A stretch of DNA of 64,000 nt from an uncultured Anaerolineales bacterium (GTDB taxonomy: Bacteria > Chloroflexota > Anaerolineae > B4-G1 > SLSP01). Below, piece by piece: positions 1 to 9,039 of the stretch (within the stretch, counting starts at the first letter, position 1; the number at the start of each line of letters is the position of its first letter). Both the position numbers and the translations under genes were made by a program. The stretch covers positions 15,501-79,500 of the forward strand of contig CAZDSF010000005.1 in assembly GCA_964508025.1 (NCBI GenBank). The letters are read 5' to 3'. Below the pieces are notes generated by a model, which was not told the DNA's origin, made no database searches, and saw only the letters and a program-made list of their open reading frames with translations.

Positions 1-513
1 ATTCACAAGCCGGACATCGTGCGCGTGTTCCAGGTCGCACGCCTTGAATAACTCCCTGAAGTATTCGGAGAAGCGCACTTCAAAGCAAATTCTGATCCCG
101 CTTTTCAAGCCATCACCAGTGTAAATCCCGCTGTTGTTCCCCGGATGGAAATTGTCCAAATCGTAACCCCATAGGGCGCGTTTATCATAGGGCGGCTGCA
201 TCGCCCCATCTGGGCCGATGAACGGGATCGTGTTGTAGCGTTTACCGTTTGCTTGTCTGAGGTCTCCCAGCCCCACGTGGATGTTGCACCGCATTGCCGC
301 AGTGCGAATCTCGCCAACGGCGGCATCCAACGCCGCAAAATCCAGGGCCGCCACGCTCTGAAGCTCTTCAGGTGGATAGCCGCACAGGGCGCATTCCTGC
401 GTCATCAGCAAGCGCGCGCCCTGATCGGCGGCGGATTCTATGGCCGTGACGATTGAGCGGCAATTTCCGGCAATACTCGCGCCCGGTTGATGTTGATATG
501 CAGCCATCTTCAT
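1..513 (-). CDS. Carbon-nitrogen hydrolase (nitrilase superfamily, Nit2/omega-amidase-like); N-terminal portion only, gene continues beyond window start
   Basis: Manual translation of the reverse strand from the ATG at ~511-513 gives MKMAAYQHQPGASIAGNCRSIVTAIESAADQGARLLMTQECALCGYPPEEL...GIRICFEVRFSEYFRELF with no stop to position 1. The motif ICFEVRFSE matches the catalytic-Cys region (ICYDxRFPE) of Nit2-type CN hydrolases. It is missing from the ORF track because there is no stop inside the window. Confidence 0.7.
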   Translation of the reverse strand, partial: MKMAAYQHQPGASIAGNCRSIVTAIESAADQGARLLMTQECALCGYPPEELQSVAALDFAALDAAVGEIRTAAMRCNIHVGLGDLRQANGKRYNTIPFIGPDGAMQPPYDKRALWGYDLDNFHPGNNSGIYTGDGLKSGIRICFEVRFSEYFRELFKACDLEHAHDVRLVN

Positions 514-695
514 GCTTGTGTCTTGCTCGATGGCTTGCTAGATGCGCAGCAGCAAATCAGGGTGATAAGTGTTCCGTTGGGCAATGATTAAACTGCCGAT
601 GATCAGCAAATCCATTGTATCACGATTGTGAGGGTTGGCATCCTGGCGCTTTCGGTCACGTACAGTCTTATCGCATTATGTGCTACTATGAAAGT

Positions 696-1401
696 ATGAA
701 CGCTTCTCTCTGGCTGATGCTTTCCCTGGTACTGCTCGCGTGCGGACTGCTTGGCTGCTGGCTGCGCACCAGGGGCCGCGTGATGCAGCAACGCGCGTTG
801 GCGCGCTAATTGGCGGCGCTGAATACCGTAGCGACGGTCGTGGGCCGCTCGCTGGAGTTGGACGAGATTCTCATCGGTGCGTTGGAGACGACGCTAGAAG
901 TGCTCGGAGTTGAAGCGGGCGGATCTATCTGCTGGATACTTCGATGTGTTCCCCACAAACAAAAACCTGGCGTATGGCCTGGCGGGCTCCATGGTGTTTC
1001 TCATTGCCACGCTGGGATTCCGAGCTGAGAAACGCCTGAGCACATATTGGCAAATCCCGCTGGTCTTGCTTGCGGCGTCGCTCGCCTATCCCGTCACAGC
1101 GATCTTCAGCAGTTGGAATCGCGCGGTGCTTGGCTGGTTTGCGGCGCCAACAGACACTTCCAAGGGATTAGCCATCGAGAAGGCCTGCGCGATGCTGTTG
1201 AAGACATTTCCTATGTTCGCCCTGAGCAGTATCGGGCGCGGTTTTGGATCGGTTTTCCTCGGGGGTACAGGTTGGTTCCAGCATGCTGGTTGCCAACCAA
1301 TAGGGGCTGAAGCCGCACAGCTCCACGCGGATGACGCGCACCGTGAGCGTTGCGTTGCGGGAGCCGCTGGACCCAGCCGGATGCGGCTCGCGCCCACGTA
1401 G
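696..1401 (+). pseudogene. Degraded sensor histidine kinase (TM segment then GAF-like start), interrupted by an in-frame TAA and downstream frameshifts
   Basis: ORF 615..809 encodes the membrane segment MNASLWLMLSLVLLACGLLGCWLR...QQRALAR followed by TAA. The very next codons (ORF 810..1028) read LAALNTVATVVGRSLELDEILIGALETTLEVLGVEAGG, a canonical GAF-domain start in the same frame. The reading then breaks into several frames (910..1401). Confidence 0.35.
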
Positions 1402-2360
1402 TTCGGTCAGGTAACTGCCAGCGTCGAGCGGCCGCAGGTGGGTGAATTTGACCTGTCCCGGGCGCGGATCAGCACCGCCAACGGCGCCTGGGCCAGCGTC
1501 CAGAGAATATCGAAGGCTTACAACCCGGCATCCAACAGACAGAGCTAGGGCGCGCGCGGCAACTGCGGGAGCAAGGTGCGCAACAACGCCCGCTCGCCAG
1601 TCTCCTTGCCGCGATAGATAGCCTAGGCCAAGCCCCATACCTGCCGCACCGGGAGCGCCAGGGTCAGCACGCGTAGTTGTGGAAAGGCGGCTGACCCGCG
1701 TTGCGACCTCGGTTTGCTGCAAGCTTGGGTATTGGCCGGCGTAGCGGGCACTGTTACCGTGGCGCCATTAAAGCCGGCATTACAATAGCCATGGAAATCC
1801 GAGGGCGGCAGGGGTTACGCCGCGATCTGTAACGCCAGTAAGGTGGCAAAAACCTCGGGGTCGCTTTGCTGCCGTGCATGACTGAGTGCGTCGTTGGTAA
1901 CAAGTTGGGCGGCGTCAGGGAAATGTGTGCTCAGCCACCGGAAGCCCGAGACCAGCCCGCGTAACATCTGCTGGTAATTCTAATCCCGGCGCAGGGTGAG
2001 CATCAGGACAAACCATACGAGTAAACGAGGGACCAGCAAGGCGCCTTGCTGGTAGTGGCCCTGATCATGGAGGGTCAAGGCCTGATCAATCAACGGTTGC
2101 AGGGTCTCTGCAAAGGGTTCCAGGCCCAAATCCGCTATGAGGAGCTGGAGTTCTTCTGCATCTGGGGAAGCGCTCATCCATACCTCCAAATTCACGTGAT
2201 TTTGGGATGGATTGTACCATATTCGAGATCTGCCCACGCTCTGTTCCAAATTCGTTCACTGGTATTGTGTTAAAGTGCCGGATTCGGAGATGGAAGCGTT
2301 AGCCATTACCTGCCACGCAGCATGTCCGCAGCAGCGATCCATTTATTAGCTTTTTATCTA

Positions 2361-2389
2361 TTGACAATTTGACATTAGAGATGTACAAT
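2361..2389 (+). promoter_or_regulatory. Near-consensus sigma70-type promoter (TTGACA-17 bp-TACAAT) in an AT-rich island upstream of the DUF5320 genes
   Basis: Sequence ttatctaTTGACAatttgacattagagatgTACAATaaaactg sits in a locally AT-rich stretch of a GC-rich genome, ~45 bp upstream of an AGGAGG RBS and the ATG at 2431. Confidence 0.5.
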
Positions 2390-2430
2390 AAAACTGTACT
2401 GATGTGGTTAAGCCCTTAAAGGAGGTAGAC

Positions 2431-2658
2431 ATGCCACGGCGAGATGGAAGTGGACCGCAAGGATTAGGGCCGTTCACCGGGCGGGGTGCGGGCAATTGCG
2501 CTATCGCACAACCGCAGGGCGGCGAGCCTTATGGCTATGTGGGGCAGCAAGGGTTGCCCGTGCGCGGATGGGAGCTGTTACGCTGGATGAACCCCCTGCG
2601 TTGGCTGGGACGCGGGAGAGGCAGCGGCGGCGGACGTGGACGCCGCGCGCAGCGATAA
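2431..2658 (+). CDS. DUF5320 family small protein (Gly/Pro-rich N-terminus MPRRDGSGPQGLGPFTGRGAGNC...)
   Basis: ORF 2404..2658; the second Met is preceded by aaaGGAGGtagac. The N-terminal MPRRDGSGPQGxGPxTGRGxGxC signature is typical of DUF5320. Confidence 0.7.
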   Translation: MPRRDGSGPQGLGPFTGRGAGNCAIAQPQGGEPYGYVGQQGLPVRGWELLRWMNPLRWLGRGRGSGGGRGRRAQR

Positions 2659-2697
2659 CGGTCATTCTGAGATGCGTTGATTCATAGGAGGTAAACT

Positions 2698-2985
2698 ATG
2701 CCAGGTGGAGATCAAACTGGACCGCAAGGTGTTGGCCCGCGCACAGGAGGCGGCATGGGCGCTTGTACCGGAACGGAGCAACCGCGCTTCTTCGGCGGCG
2801 GCCTTGGTCGCGGGCGAGGCTGGCGGCACTGGGCGCGCGCTACCGGGCTGACCCGCTGGCTGCGCTGGGGCGACGCGGCCCCCGCGCCGGTGGATGAGGC
2901 CGCGCTGCTCAAAGAGCAGGCCGCGCAGTTGCAGGTGCAGCTCAACGCCGTGCAGCAACGGCTGACCGAGCTTGAGCGAGATTGA
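2698..2985 (+). CDS. DUF5320 family small protein, paralog with C-terminal coiled coil
   Basis: Sequence [25 protein letters not shown]...[30 protein letters not shown]; RBS taGGAGGtaaact precedes the ATG. Confidence 0.75.
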   Translation: MPGGDQTGPQGVGPRTGGGMGACTGTEQPRFFGGGLGRGRGWRHWARATGLTRWLRWGDAAPAPVDEAALLKEQAAQLQVQLNAVQQRLTELERD

Positions 2986-3443
2986 ACCCTTTATCTCGCG
3001 CCGCCGCCCCTGATTGCCAGTTGGGGGCGGCGGCGCTGAGCGTAGCTGTGACTGAAACACAACCCGCATTGACCTTCGGCCCGGTGTCTTCGCGCTGGCT
3101 GGTACGCAGCCTGGGCATCAATCACATCCCGCCCAAGACCTGCTCCTACGCCTGCGTCTACTGTTAGCCAGGGCACCCGCCCCACTTGACCCTCACACGC
3201 CAGGCGTTTTACGCGCCGGAGACGGTGGTCGCGGCAGTGCAGGAGAAGGTCGCCTTCGCCGCCGCTGGGGGCGAACTGATTGACTATCTCACATTTGTGC
3301 CGGATGGTGAGCCGACGCTGGATTTGTATTTGGACGATATGCTGCTGGCGCGCAAGCCGCTAGGCATCCCGCTGGCGGTGATTACCAACGCCTCGCTGCT
3401 GGGCGACCCGGCAGTGCGCGCTGCGCTGCTGCAGGCTGATTAG
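2982..3443 (+). pseudogene. Radical SAM enzyme remnant: CxxxCxxC motif present, in-frame TAG directly after the motif, and truncated at ~150 codons
   Basis: ORF 2982..3167 has [29 protein letters not shown] followed by TAG. The same frame continues as ORF 3186..3443 (MTLTRQAFYAPE...LAVITNASLLGD) and stops two nt before the mrp ATG. It is far too short for a radical SAM enzyme. Confidence 0.5.
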
Positions 3444-3445
3444 AT

Positions 3446-4207
3446 ATGAACACTGAAACTGCTCCCCAAATCAAGCACGTTCTGGCCGTGATGAGCGGCA
3501 AAGGCGGCGTGGGCAAATCTACCACTGCCGCGTTGCTGGCGGCGGGCCTATGCCGCGCTGGCTGGCAGGTCGGCTTGCTCGATGCCGATATTACCGGGGC
3601 CAGCATCCCCAAACTTTTTGGCGTGCGCCAGCCCCCGCTCCAGGATGGGGCGGGCGGGATCATTCCGGCCATGAGTCTCCGCGGCATCAAAATCATCTCA
3701 GTCAATCTGATGCTGGAACGGGAAGATGATGCCGTGATCTGGCGCGGGCCGCTGATCTCCAAAATGATCCAGCAATTCTGGAATGATGTGACCTGGGGGC
3801 CGCTCGATGCGCTGGTGGTGGATTTGCCCCCCGGCACGTCTGATGCGGCGCTGACGGTATTGCAGAGCCTGCCGATCACGGGCGTCGTTATCGTCACCAC
3901 GCCGCAAGACCTGGCTGATATGATTGTGCGCAAAGCCGCCAACATGACCCGCCAGGTCAACAAGCCGATCCTGGGCGTGCTGGAGAATATGAGCTACGCC
4001 ACTTGCCCGCATTGCGGCGCGCGATTTGAGCTGTTCGGCGCGGGCCATGCGGACGCACTCGCCGCCGAGTTCGACGCGCCGTTCTTGGGCGCGATGGGGC
4101 TGGAGTCAGGGCTGGCGCAAGCGGGCGATGCGGGCCAGATTGAGACCTATCAGAGCGCGGATTTTGCCCCCATTCTTGACGCTATGCTTGAGCAGCTGCC
4201 GGCCTGA
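3446..4207 (+). CDS. Mrp/ApbC/NBP35-family Fe-S cluster carrier P-loop ATPase
   Basis: Walker A motif VMSGKGGVGKSTTAALLA plus the conserved CPHC Cys pair near the C-terminus (SYATCPHCG). Confidence 0.85.
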   Translation: MNTETAPQIKHVLAVMSGKGGVGKSTTAALLAAGLCRAGWQVGLLDADITGASIPKLFGVRQPPLQDGAGGIIPAMSLRGIKIISVNLMLEREDDAVIWRGPLISKMIQQFWNDVTWGPLDALVVDLPPGTSDAALTVLQSLPITGVVIVTTPQDLADMIVRKAANMTRQVNKPILGVLENMSYATCPHCGARFELFGAGHADALAAEFDAPFLGAMGLESGLAQAGDAGQIETYQSADFAPILDAMLEQLPA

Positions 4208-4462
4208 GCGATGCCAAGAGGGTAACTTCGCGGTGGAATCCTACCCGGTTCCGGTTACATCGTTGTCGCCTTGCGCGTGAAGCAGGTTTTCGCCGGCGTA
4301 GAGCGGTTGACCTGTCGGTACGCATCCCATCCCCACGAAATACTTGGAACTGCACGCGCGCCTGGGAACGTGGGCTTCGCTGACCTTGGAATCGCTGCTC
4401 GCGCCCATCATGGCGGATCAAGCGACGCGCGACGCCTACAATTAGCGTCCGTTCATACACAC

Positions 4463-4496
4463 CACACGGGGCAGGTCTTTCGATCTGCCCCGTGTG
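4463..4496. terminator. 12-bp perfect GC-rich hairpin between convergent mrp and osmC (putative bidirectional terminator, no strong U-tract)
   Basis: CACACGGGGCAG-gtctttcgat-CTGCCCCGTGTG. Confidence 0.35.
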
Positions 4497-4592
4497 CATA
4501 AACACCTCCGCTTACTGTGTTTGACGCTGCCGCACCACTACCCTGCCCATCGGCGCGTCCACATCGCGCTCGATGACGGGGTGTTTGTTCTA

Positions 4593-5021
4593 TCAGGATT
4601 CAGGCGTCAAATCGCACTGCTCCATCCCACGGATGTCCAGGGTCAGCCCTTCCATCGTCTTGATGGTGGCGTGAACCGGGCAATGCTCGGCCACGCGCTC
4701 GATGGCCTTGATGCGCTTGGCGCAATCGCCATGCGGCAGATTGACCGTCGCCTGGAGATTGACCAGCCGCGTGGGGTCGTCGGCCTTGTCGAAGGTCACA
4801 TCTACGGTCATATCCGTGGTATCAATGCCATTGTTTTCGCAATACTGCGCCACAAACGCGCCGACGCAGCTCCCCAGCGAGGCCACGAATAACTCCGGCG
4901 GCGTTGGCCCTCGGTCGCTGCCGCCCATGCTGGCGGGGACATCAATCGTGACCGTGTGTTTGCCCATCTGTGACTCGAACAACATATTGCCTTTGTAAAT
5001 TGTCGTAATTTTGCCCATCAC
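4593..5021 (-). CDS. osmC: OsmC/Ohr family peroxiredoxin
   Basis: About 140 aa with the OsmC-like pattern ...PTPPELFVASLGSCVGAFVAQY...LPHGDCAKRIKAIERVAEHCPV. Confidence 0.8.
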   Translation of the reverse strand: MMGKITTIYKGNMLFESQMGKHTVTIDVPASMGGSDRGPTPPELFVASLGSCVGAFVAQYCENNGIDTTDMTVDVTFDKADDPTRLVNLQATVNLPHGDCAKRIKAIERVAEHCPVHATIKTMEGLTLDIRGMEQCDLTPES

Positions 5022-5045
5022 AAACTCCTTTGTGTAAATATGTTG

Positions 5046-5915
5046 CTACAGCTGTGCTTGAAGCTCATCCCACACCTCCCGCAGCGCCGCCGCGACTGGC
5101 CCATCCCCCGCCGTGACCGGCTCGCCGCGCACCATCGCTTCCGTCACCGCCGGGTTGTAAGGCAGGCGGCCCACCAGTAGAACGCCGCGCTCCGTGCACG
5201 CCGCCGCAATCGCTTCCGCCTGCGCCGGGCTGAGGTCAGCCTTGTTGAGCAGCACCGCCGCTCGCGTCTGGAAATGCGTGGCGACGCCCAAAATCCGCTC
5301 CAAATCATGCGCGCTGGAGACGGTCGGCTCGGTGACGATGAGTGCCAAATCCACCCCGGCCAGCGCCGCGATGACCGGACAACCGATACCCGGCGGGCCA
5401 TCCACCAACAGCAGGTCGGCTTTGTCGTCCAGCGCCCGCAGCCGCGCCATCTGCTTGACCAGGGTGACGAGCTTGCCGGAGTTCTCCTGCCCGGCGAAGA
5501 GATGTGCGTGGTACAGCGGCCCGTACCGTGTGGATGCAACGAACCACTGCCCGGCGCGCTGCGGCGTCATCGTGATGGCCTGCGTCGGACATTCGTAAAA
5601 GCACGCGGCGCAGCCCTCGCAGGCGATGGGGTCTATCGTGTACACCACGCCGGGTTGCACTGCCTCGAAGCGGCAGACCTCGGCGCAGCGTCCACACGCG
5701 GTACATGCCGCCGGGTCAATCGCCGCGACCTTGCCGCCGGTGAAATCGTGTATCTCTTCCGTGATCGGCGCAAGCACCAGCCCCAGATTCGCCGCGTCCA
5801 CATCTGCATCGGCGATGACAAGCCGCCGCGTCTGCGCCGCAAGATGGGCAAAAGCCGCTGTCACTGTCGTCTTGCCCGTCCCGCCCTTGCCGCTGAGAAT
5901 CACCAATTGTTTCAT
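5046..5915 (-). CDS. MinD/ParA(CooC-like) P-loop ATPase with an inserted 2x[4Fe-4S] ferredoxin domain
   Basis: Start MKQLVILSGKGGTGKTTV (deviant Walker A). Two CxxCxxCxxxCP motifs (CTACGRCAEVC and CEGCAACFYECP). The ATG overlaps the stop of the upstream paralog (ATGA). Confidence 0.8.
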   Translation of the reverse strand: MKQLVILSGKGGTGKTTVTAAFAHLAAQTRRLVIADADVDAANLGLVLAPITEEIHDFTGGKVAAIDPAACTACGRCAEVCRFEAVQPGVVYTIDPIACEGCAACFYECPTQAITMTPQRAGQWFVASTRYGPLYHAHLFAGQENSGKLVTLVKQMARLRALDDKADLLLVDGPPGIGCPVIAALAGVDLALIVTEPTVSSAHDLERILGVATHFQTRAAVLLNKADLSPAQAEAIAAACTERGVLLVGRLPYNPAVTEAMVRGEPVTAGDGPVAAALREVWDELQAQL

Positions 5916-6775
5916 AGCCGGGCCGCCAGGGTATCCCACAGCGCTGCCAGCTGCAGGCGGTGCGCTGGGCGGAGGGCGACCAGCGGTTCGCCCTGGGCCA
6001 TCCCTTCCGCAATGGCGCGTTCCAGGGGGATACGCAGCAGGATGGGGATCTGCTCGGCGGCGCAATAGGCTTCGACGCTATCGTCGCCCATGCCGGCGCG
6101 GTTGATGACGACCGCGACCGGCAACCCGAGTTCGCCGCGCGCCAGCTGCACCGCCAGCCGCAAATCGTGCAGGCCGAAGGGCGTCGGCTCGGTGACAAGG
6201 AGCGCCACATCCGCGTCGCGCAACGTCTCCACCACCGGGCAAGAGGCCCCCGGCGGCGCATCGAGGATGACAGGACGCCCATCCGCGACTTCCGCGAGCG
6301 CCCACTGTTTGAGCTGCCGGATGATCGGCACAGCCATCGCTTTGCCGATGTTTAGTGTCCCCTGAAAAAATGTGATAGCGCCAGCGCGACCGCGCGCCAG
6401 CGTTCCCATCAAGTCCAGTTCCTCGTGGAGCGCGCCCGCCGGGCAGTGGCGGGTGCAGCTGCCGCACCCATGGCACAGTTCCGGGAAGACGAGCACCTGT
6501 AGTCCAATGACGGCGATGGCGTGATAGGCGCACACCTCGGCGCAGCGTCCGCAATGCGTGCAGCGCGCCGCATCCACCACCGGGATCAACTGCCCCACGT
6601 CGCGGCGTTCGGTGAATTCTGGGCGCAGAAAGAGCGCGGCGTTCGGCGCCTCCACATCGCAATCGAGAAAGAGCGGGTGCTGTTCGGCCAGGCTCAGGGC
6701 CAGACTCACCGCCACGGTGGTTTTGCCTGTGCCGCCTTTGCCGCTGGCGATGGCAACTTTCACGCGGCGCTCCAA
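5912..6775 (-). CDS. MinD/ParA-type P-loop ATPase with 2x[4Fe-4S] ferredoxin insert (tandem paralog)
   Basis: Start MERRVKVAIASGKGGTGKTTVAV; Cys motifs CTHCGRCAEVC and CHGCGSCTRHCP. It is translationally coupled to the downstream paralog. Confidence 0.8.
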   Translation of the reverse strand: MERRVKVAIASGKGGTGKTTVAVSLALSLAEQHPLFLDCDVEAPNAALFLRPEFTERRDVGQLIPVVDAARCTHCGRCAEVCAYHAIAVIGLQVLVFPELCHGCGSCTRHCPAGALHEELDLMGTLARGRAGAITFFQGTLNIGKAMAVPIIRQLKQWALAEVADGRPVILDAPPGASCPVVETLRDADVALLVTEPTPFGLHDLRLAVQLARGELGLPVAVVINRAGMGDDSVEAYCAAEQIPILLRIPLERAIAEGMAQGEPLVALRPAHRLQLAALWDTLAARL

Positions 6776-7605
6776 TCCAGCACCGTCCCCGCCGGGCAGG
6801 GACGCACCACCGCGCCGCCCAATTGCTGGCGCAGAACGTAGTAGGCTTCATGGCCGGAGCAGTGGTTGAGGTAGAGCCGCCGCAGCGTCCCCCACGCGCC
6901 CAACGTGCGGGCGATCGTGTCCAGCGTGATCGCATCCGCGCTGACCAGATGCGTGCCGCCCGCCGCTGCGATGATGGGTCGGCTGAAAACGCGCTGCACA
7001 TGCTCCAGCGTGTTGAGCAGCCCCGCGTGGCAGCAGCCGCACAGCACCACCAGGCCCTCGGCGGTCTCCACCACCAGCGAGAGGTCGTCGTGGTACAAAT
7101 CGGGGGCATAACCGGTTCCGACGCGCATCTCTTGTCGGGGAACGTAGCCGCCGGGGTGGGGGCGTTCCGTGATCGCGCCGGTCGTCCACACGCCGGGAAG
7201 CAGCTGCTGTGGGGCGTCATTCAGATGCAGGGTGAAGTGCGCCGCCAGCCAGGCCGCATTCACCGCGAGGCCGATGGCGCGGCGCTCCCCGCTGCTTTGA
7301 GAGAAGCGCTCGCGCAGCAGATCCGCGTTCGCGTAGAGCGGCAAGCCGGGCGCGCGGCGCTTCGCCAGTGCGGGCAGCCCGCCGGTATGATCGTAGTGTG
7401 CGTGGCTGAACGCCAGGGCCTGGAGTCGGCCCGCGTCCAGCCGCAGCGCGTTGAGGTTGTGCAGCAGCACTGCGCCGCTTTGCCCGGTATCGAGCAGCGC
7501 CGGCCCGGCTTCCGTCTCGATCCAGAAGGATAAGCCGTGTTCGCCCCACAGCTGGCTGCTGGGCTGCACGGCATTGTCTACCACGCAAGTGATGCTCGGT
7601 TCCAT
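6760..7605 (-). CDS. MBL-fold metallo-hydrolase
   Basis: HxHxDH motif (FSHAHYDHTGG). The ORF extends to 7650 (MTRAS...), but the internal Met (MEPSITC) avoids a 32-nt overlap with the upstream nifX-like gene. The 3' end overlaps the next gene start by 16 nt. Confidence 0.7.
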   Translation of the reverse strand: MEPSITCVVDNAVQPSSQLWGEHGLSFWIETEAGPALLDTGQSGAVLLHNLNALRLDAGRLQALAFSHAHYDHTGGLPALAKRRAPGLPLYANADLLRERFSQSSGERRAIGLAVNAAWLAAHFTLHLNDAPQQLLPGVWTTGAITERPHPGGYVPRQEMRVGTGYAPDLYHDDLSLVVETAEGLVVLCGCCHAGLLNTLEHVQRVFSRPIIAAAGGTHLVSADAITLDTIARTLGAWGTLRRLYLNHCSGHEAYYVLRQQLGGAVVRPCPAGTVLDWSAA

Positions 7606-7618
7606 TTCCAGGACCGGC

Positions 7619-7993
7619 TTATCCGTGCCCGTGCGCGACGCTCTCGTCACAGGGTGCTGCGCCGCTCAGGCTGCCATCGAGATAGCGCGTCAGCGACTCA
7701 CGCACCGTCCCTGCTGCGCCGGTTGCCGGTTCGACGCCATACTGGCGGAAGAACGCCACCGCGCGTCCGCCCATTCCGCCGGCAAGCATCACTTGCGCGC
7801 CCAGGCTGTGAATGAATTCGGGAATTTGCCCCGGTTCATGGTTGGGATAGAAGGGATTGGCAACCGTCTCCACACTACGCACCTCCGCGTCTTCCACCTC
7901 AGCCAGCGCGAAGTATGGGCAGCGCCCGAAGTGCGGGCTGATCTGCGCCTCCAGACCATTAGCATCTAAAACAGCAATTGCGATTTTCGTCAT
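7619..7993 (-). CDS. NifX/NifB/NafY-like dinitrogenase FeMo-cofactor-binding domain protein (Nitro_FeMo-Co family)
   Basis: Sequence MTKIAIAVLDANGLEAQISPHFGRCPYFALAEVED...QVMLAGGMGGRAVAFF is the typical fold signature. RBS GGAGGA lies 6 nt upstream. Confidence 0.75.
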   Translation of the reverse strand: MTKIAIAVLDANGLEAQISPHFGRCPYFALAEVEDAEVRSVETVANPFYPNHEPGQIPEFIHSLGAQVMLAGGMGGRAVAFFRQYGVEPATGAAGTVRESLTRYLDGSLSGAAPCDESVAHGHG

Positions 7994-8053
7994 AGCTGAT
8001 CCTCCAAAGCGTCGTGTTTTATACAGCAAACCATTGCATGGCTCCGGCGTAGG

Positions 8054-8800
8054 CTAGAGCCGGGTCAGGCGTTTGGCCTGGAAGGCGCTGATCGCTTCGC
8101 GCACGGTGGCGCCTTCCAACACATAGGTAGACACACCCGCAGCCTTGAGCAAGTTGAAAGCTTTAGGGCCCAGACTTCGCGCCAGGACCGCTTCCGCGCC
8201 GTGCTGCAATACCACCTGCGCCGCTTGTACGCCAGCTCCACCCGAAGCATCTTGCGCCGGATTAGGCAGCGCCTCGAATTCCAGAGTCTCAGGATTGACC
8301 AATATAAAGGTCTGGCAACGCCCAAAAACGGGGCTGGTGGGGGCGTCGAGATCAGCCCCGTTGGCAGGAATGACCAGTCGCATGATTGCCTCCTCGTGGA
8401 ATAATGATGCCTCAAGTGCATCGGGTTCGCGGTCTTCGGTGAGCTCGCCATAGAGCAGCAGAAAATACTCAAGCACCTGGCGCGTGTTATAAAGCTGCGC
8501 CGCACAGCAGCGCAGCACCTCCTGTCCCATGGGGGTGAGGGCGTAGACACGGCGCGGCGGCCCTTGGGTGTCTTCTTCGTTCCAGGTGGAACTGACCCAG
8601 CCTTGCTCCTCCATCTCGCGTAGGGTGCGGTAGATGACGGTAGGGGCCAGGAAGTCCAGCCCGAACTCAGCCATGCGGCTCAGGAGGGTATAGCCGTGCG
8701 CTGGGGACTGCTTCAATAGCAGCAACAACGCCGGATCGAGGAATTGTCCCATTCGGCGATTGCAGCCACGTCCTCCACACTGTTGTCCACGATGACGCAC
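8054..8800 (-). CDS. PadR-family transcriptional regulator fused to a C-terminal NifX/NafY-like cofactor-binding domain
   Basis: N-terminus LDPALLLLLKQSPAHGYTLLSRMAEFGL...TVIYRTLREMEEQGWV matches the PadR wHTH. C-terminus PVFGRCQTFILVNPETLEFEAL...VLARSLGPKAFNLLKAAGVSTY matches the NifX-like domain. The annotated start is GTG with GAGGTGA 4 nt upstream; an alternative ATG lies at 8752. Confidence 0.7.
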   Translation of the reverse strand: MRHRGQQCGGRGCNRRMGQFLDPALLLLLKQSPAHGYTLLSRMAEFGLDFLAPTVIYRTLREMEEQGWVSSTWNEEDTQGPPRRVYALTPMGQEVLRCCAAQLYNTRQVLEYFLLLYGELTEDREPDALEASLFHEEAIMRLVIPANGADLDAPTSPVFGRCQTFILVNPETLEFEALPNPAQDASGGAGVQAAQVVLQHGAEAVLARSLGPKAFNLLKAAGVSTYVLEGATVREAISAFQAKRLTRL

Positions 8801-8823
8801 GTTTCACCTCTGGGCTTAGTATA

Positions 8824-8853
8824 GCATCTATTGGCATAATGTCAATAGATGCG
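8824..8853. promoter_or_regulatory. Perfect 10-bp inverted repeat (GCATCTATTG-N10-CAATAGATGC) immediately upstream of the padR-nifX fusion gene; candidate autoregulatory operator
   Basis: Sequence tatagCATCTATTGgcataatgtCAATAGATGcgc lies 25-55 bp upstream of the start at 8800. Confidence 0.45.
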
Positions 8854-9039
8854 CGCGCGGACATTCATAGCAATGCAGCGGGCTGCTGCGTCTCCTATAA
8901 GGCTCGTGGTGCAGAGGGGTTGCTGCGTCACCCCCAGGCGAATGCCCTGCTCCTGCTTCAGATGGATTGTAAGAAGCGCAGTGCGATTTCGATCAGCGAC
9001 CCGCTCCGAAATTCCAATCATGCCCCTCTCGGTGCCAAG

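Noticed and set aside
1980-2249. 89-aa minus-strand ORF (MSASPDAEELQLLIADLGLEP...)
   Set aside because: It could be the N-terminal stump of a degraded gene, possibly a transposase. There are no motifs, it is surrounded by other fragments, and it is not convincing as a functional gene.
6078-7220. 380-aa minus-strand ORF and several 100-290 aa ORFs across 5.1-7.6 kb
   Set aside because: They overlap the ATPase and MBL genes in other frames. Their Arg/Pro/Gly-rich translations mark GC-driven spurious ORFs.
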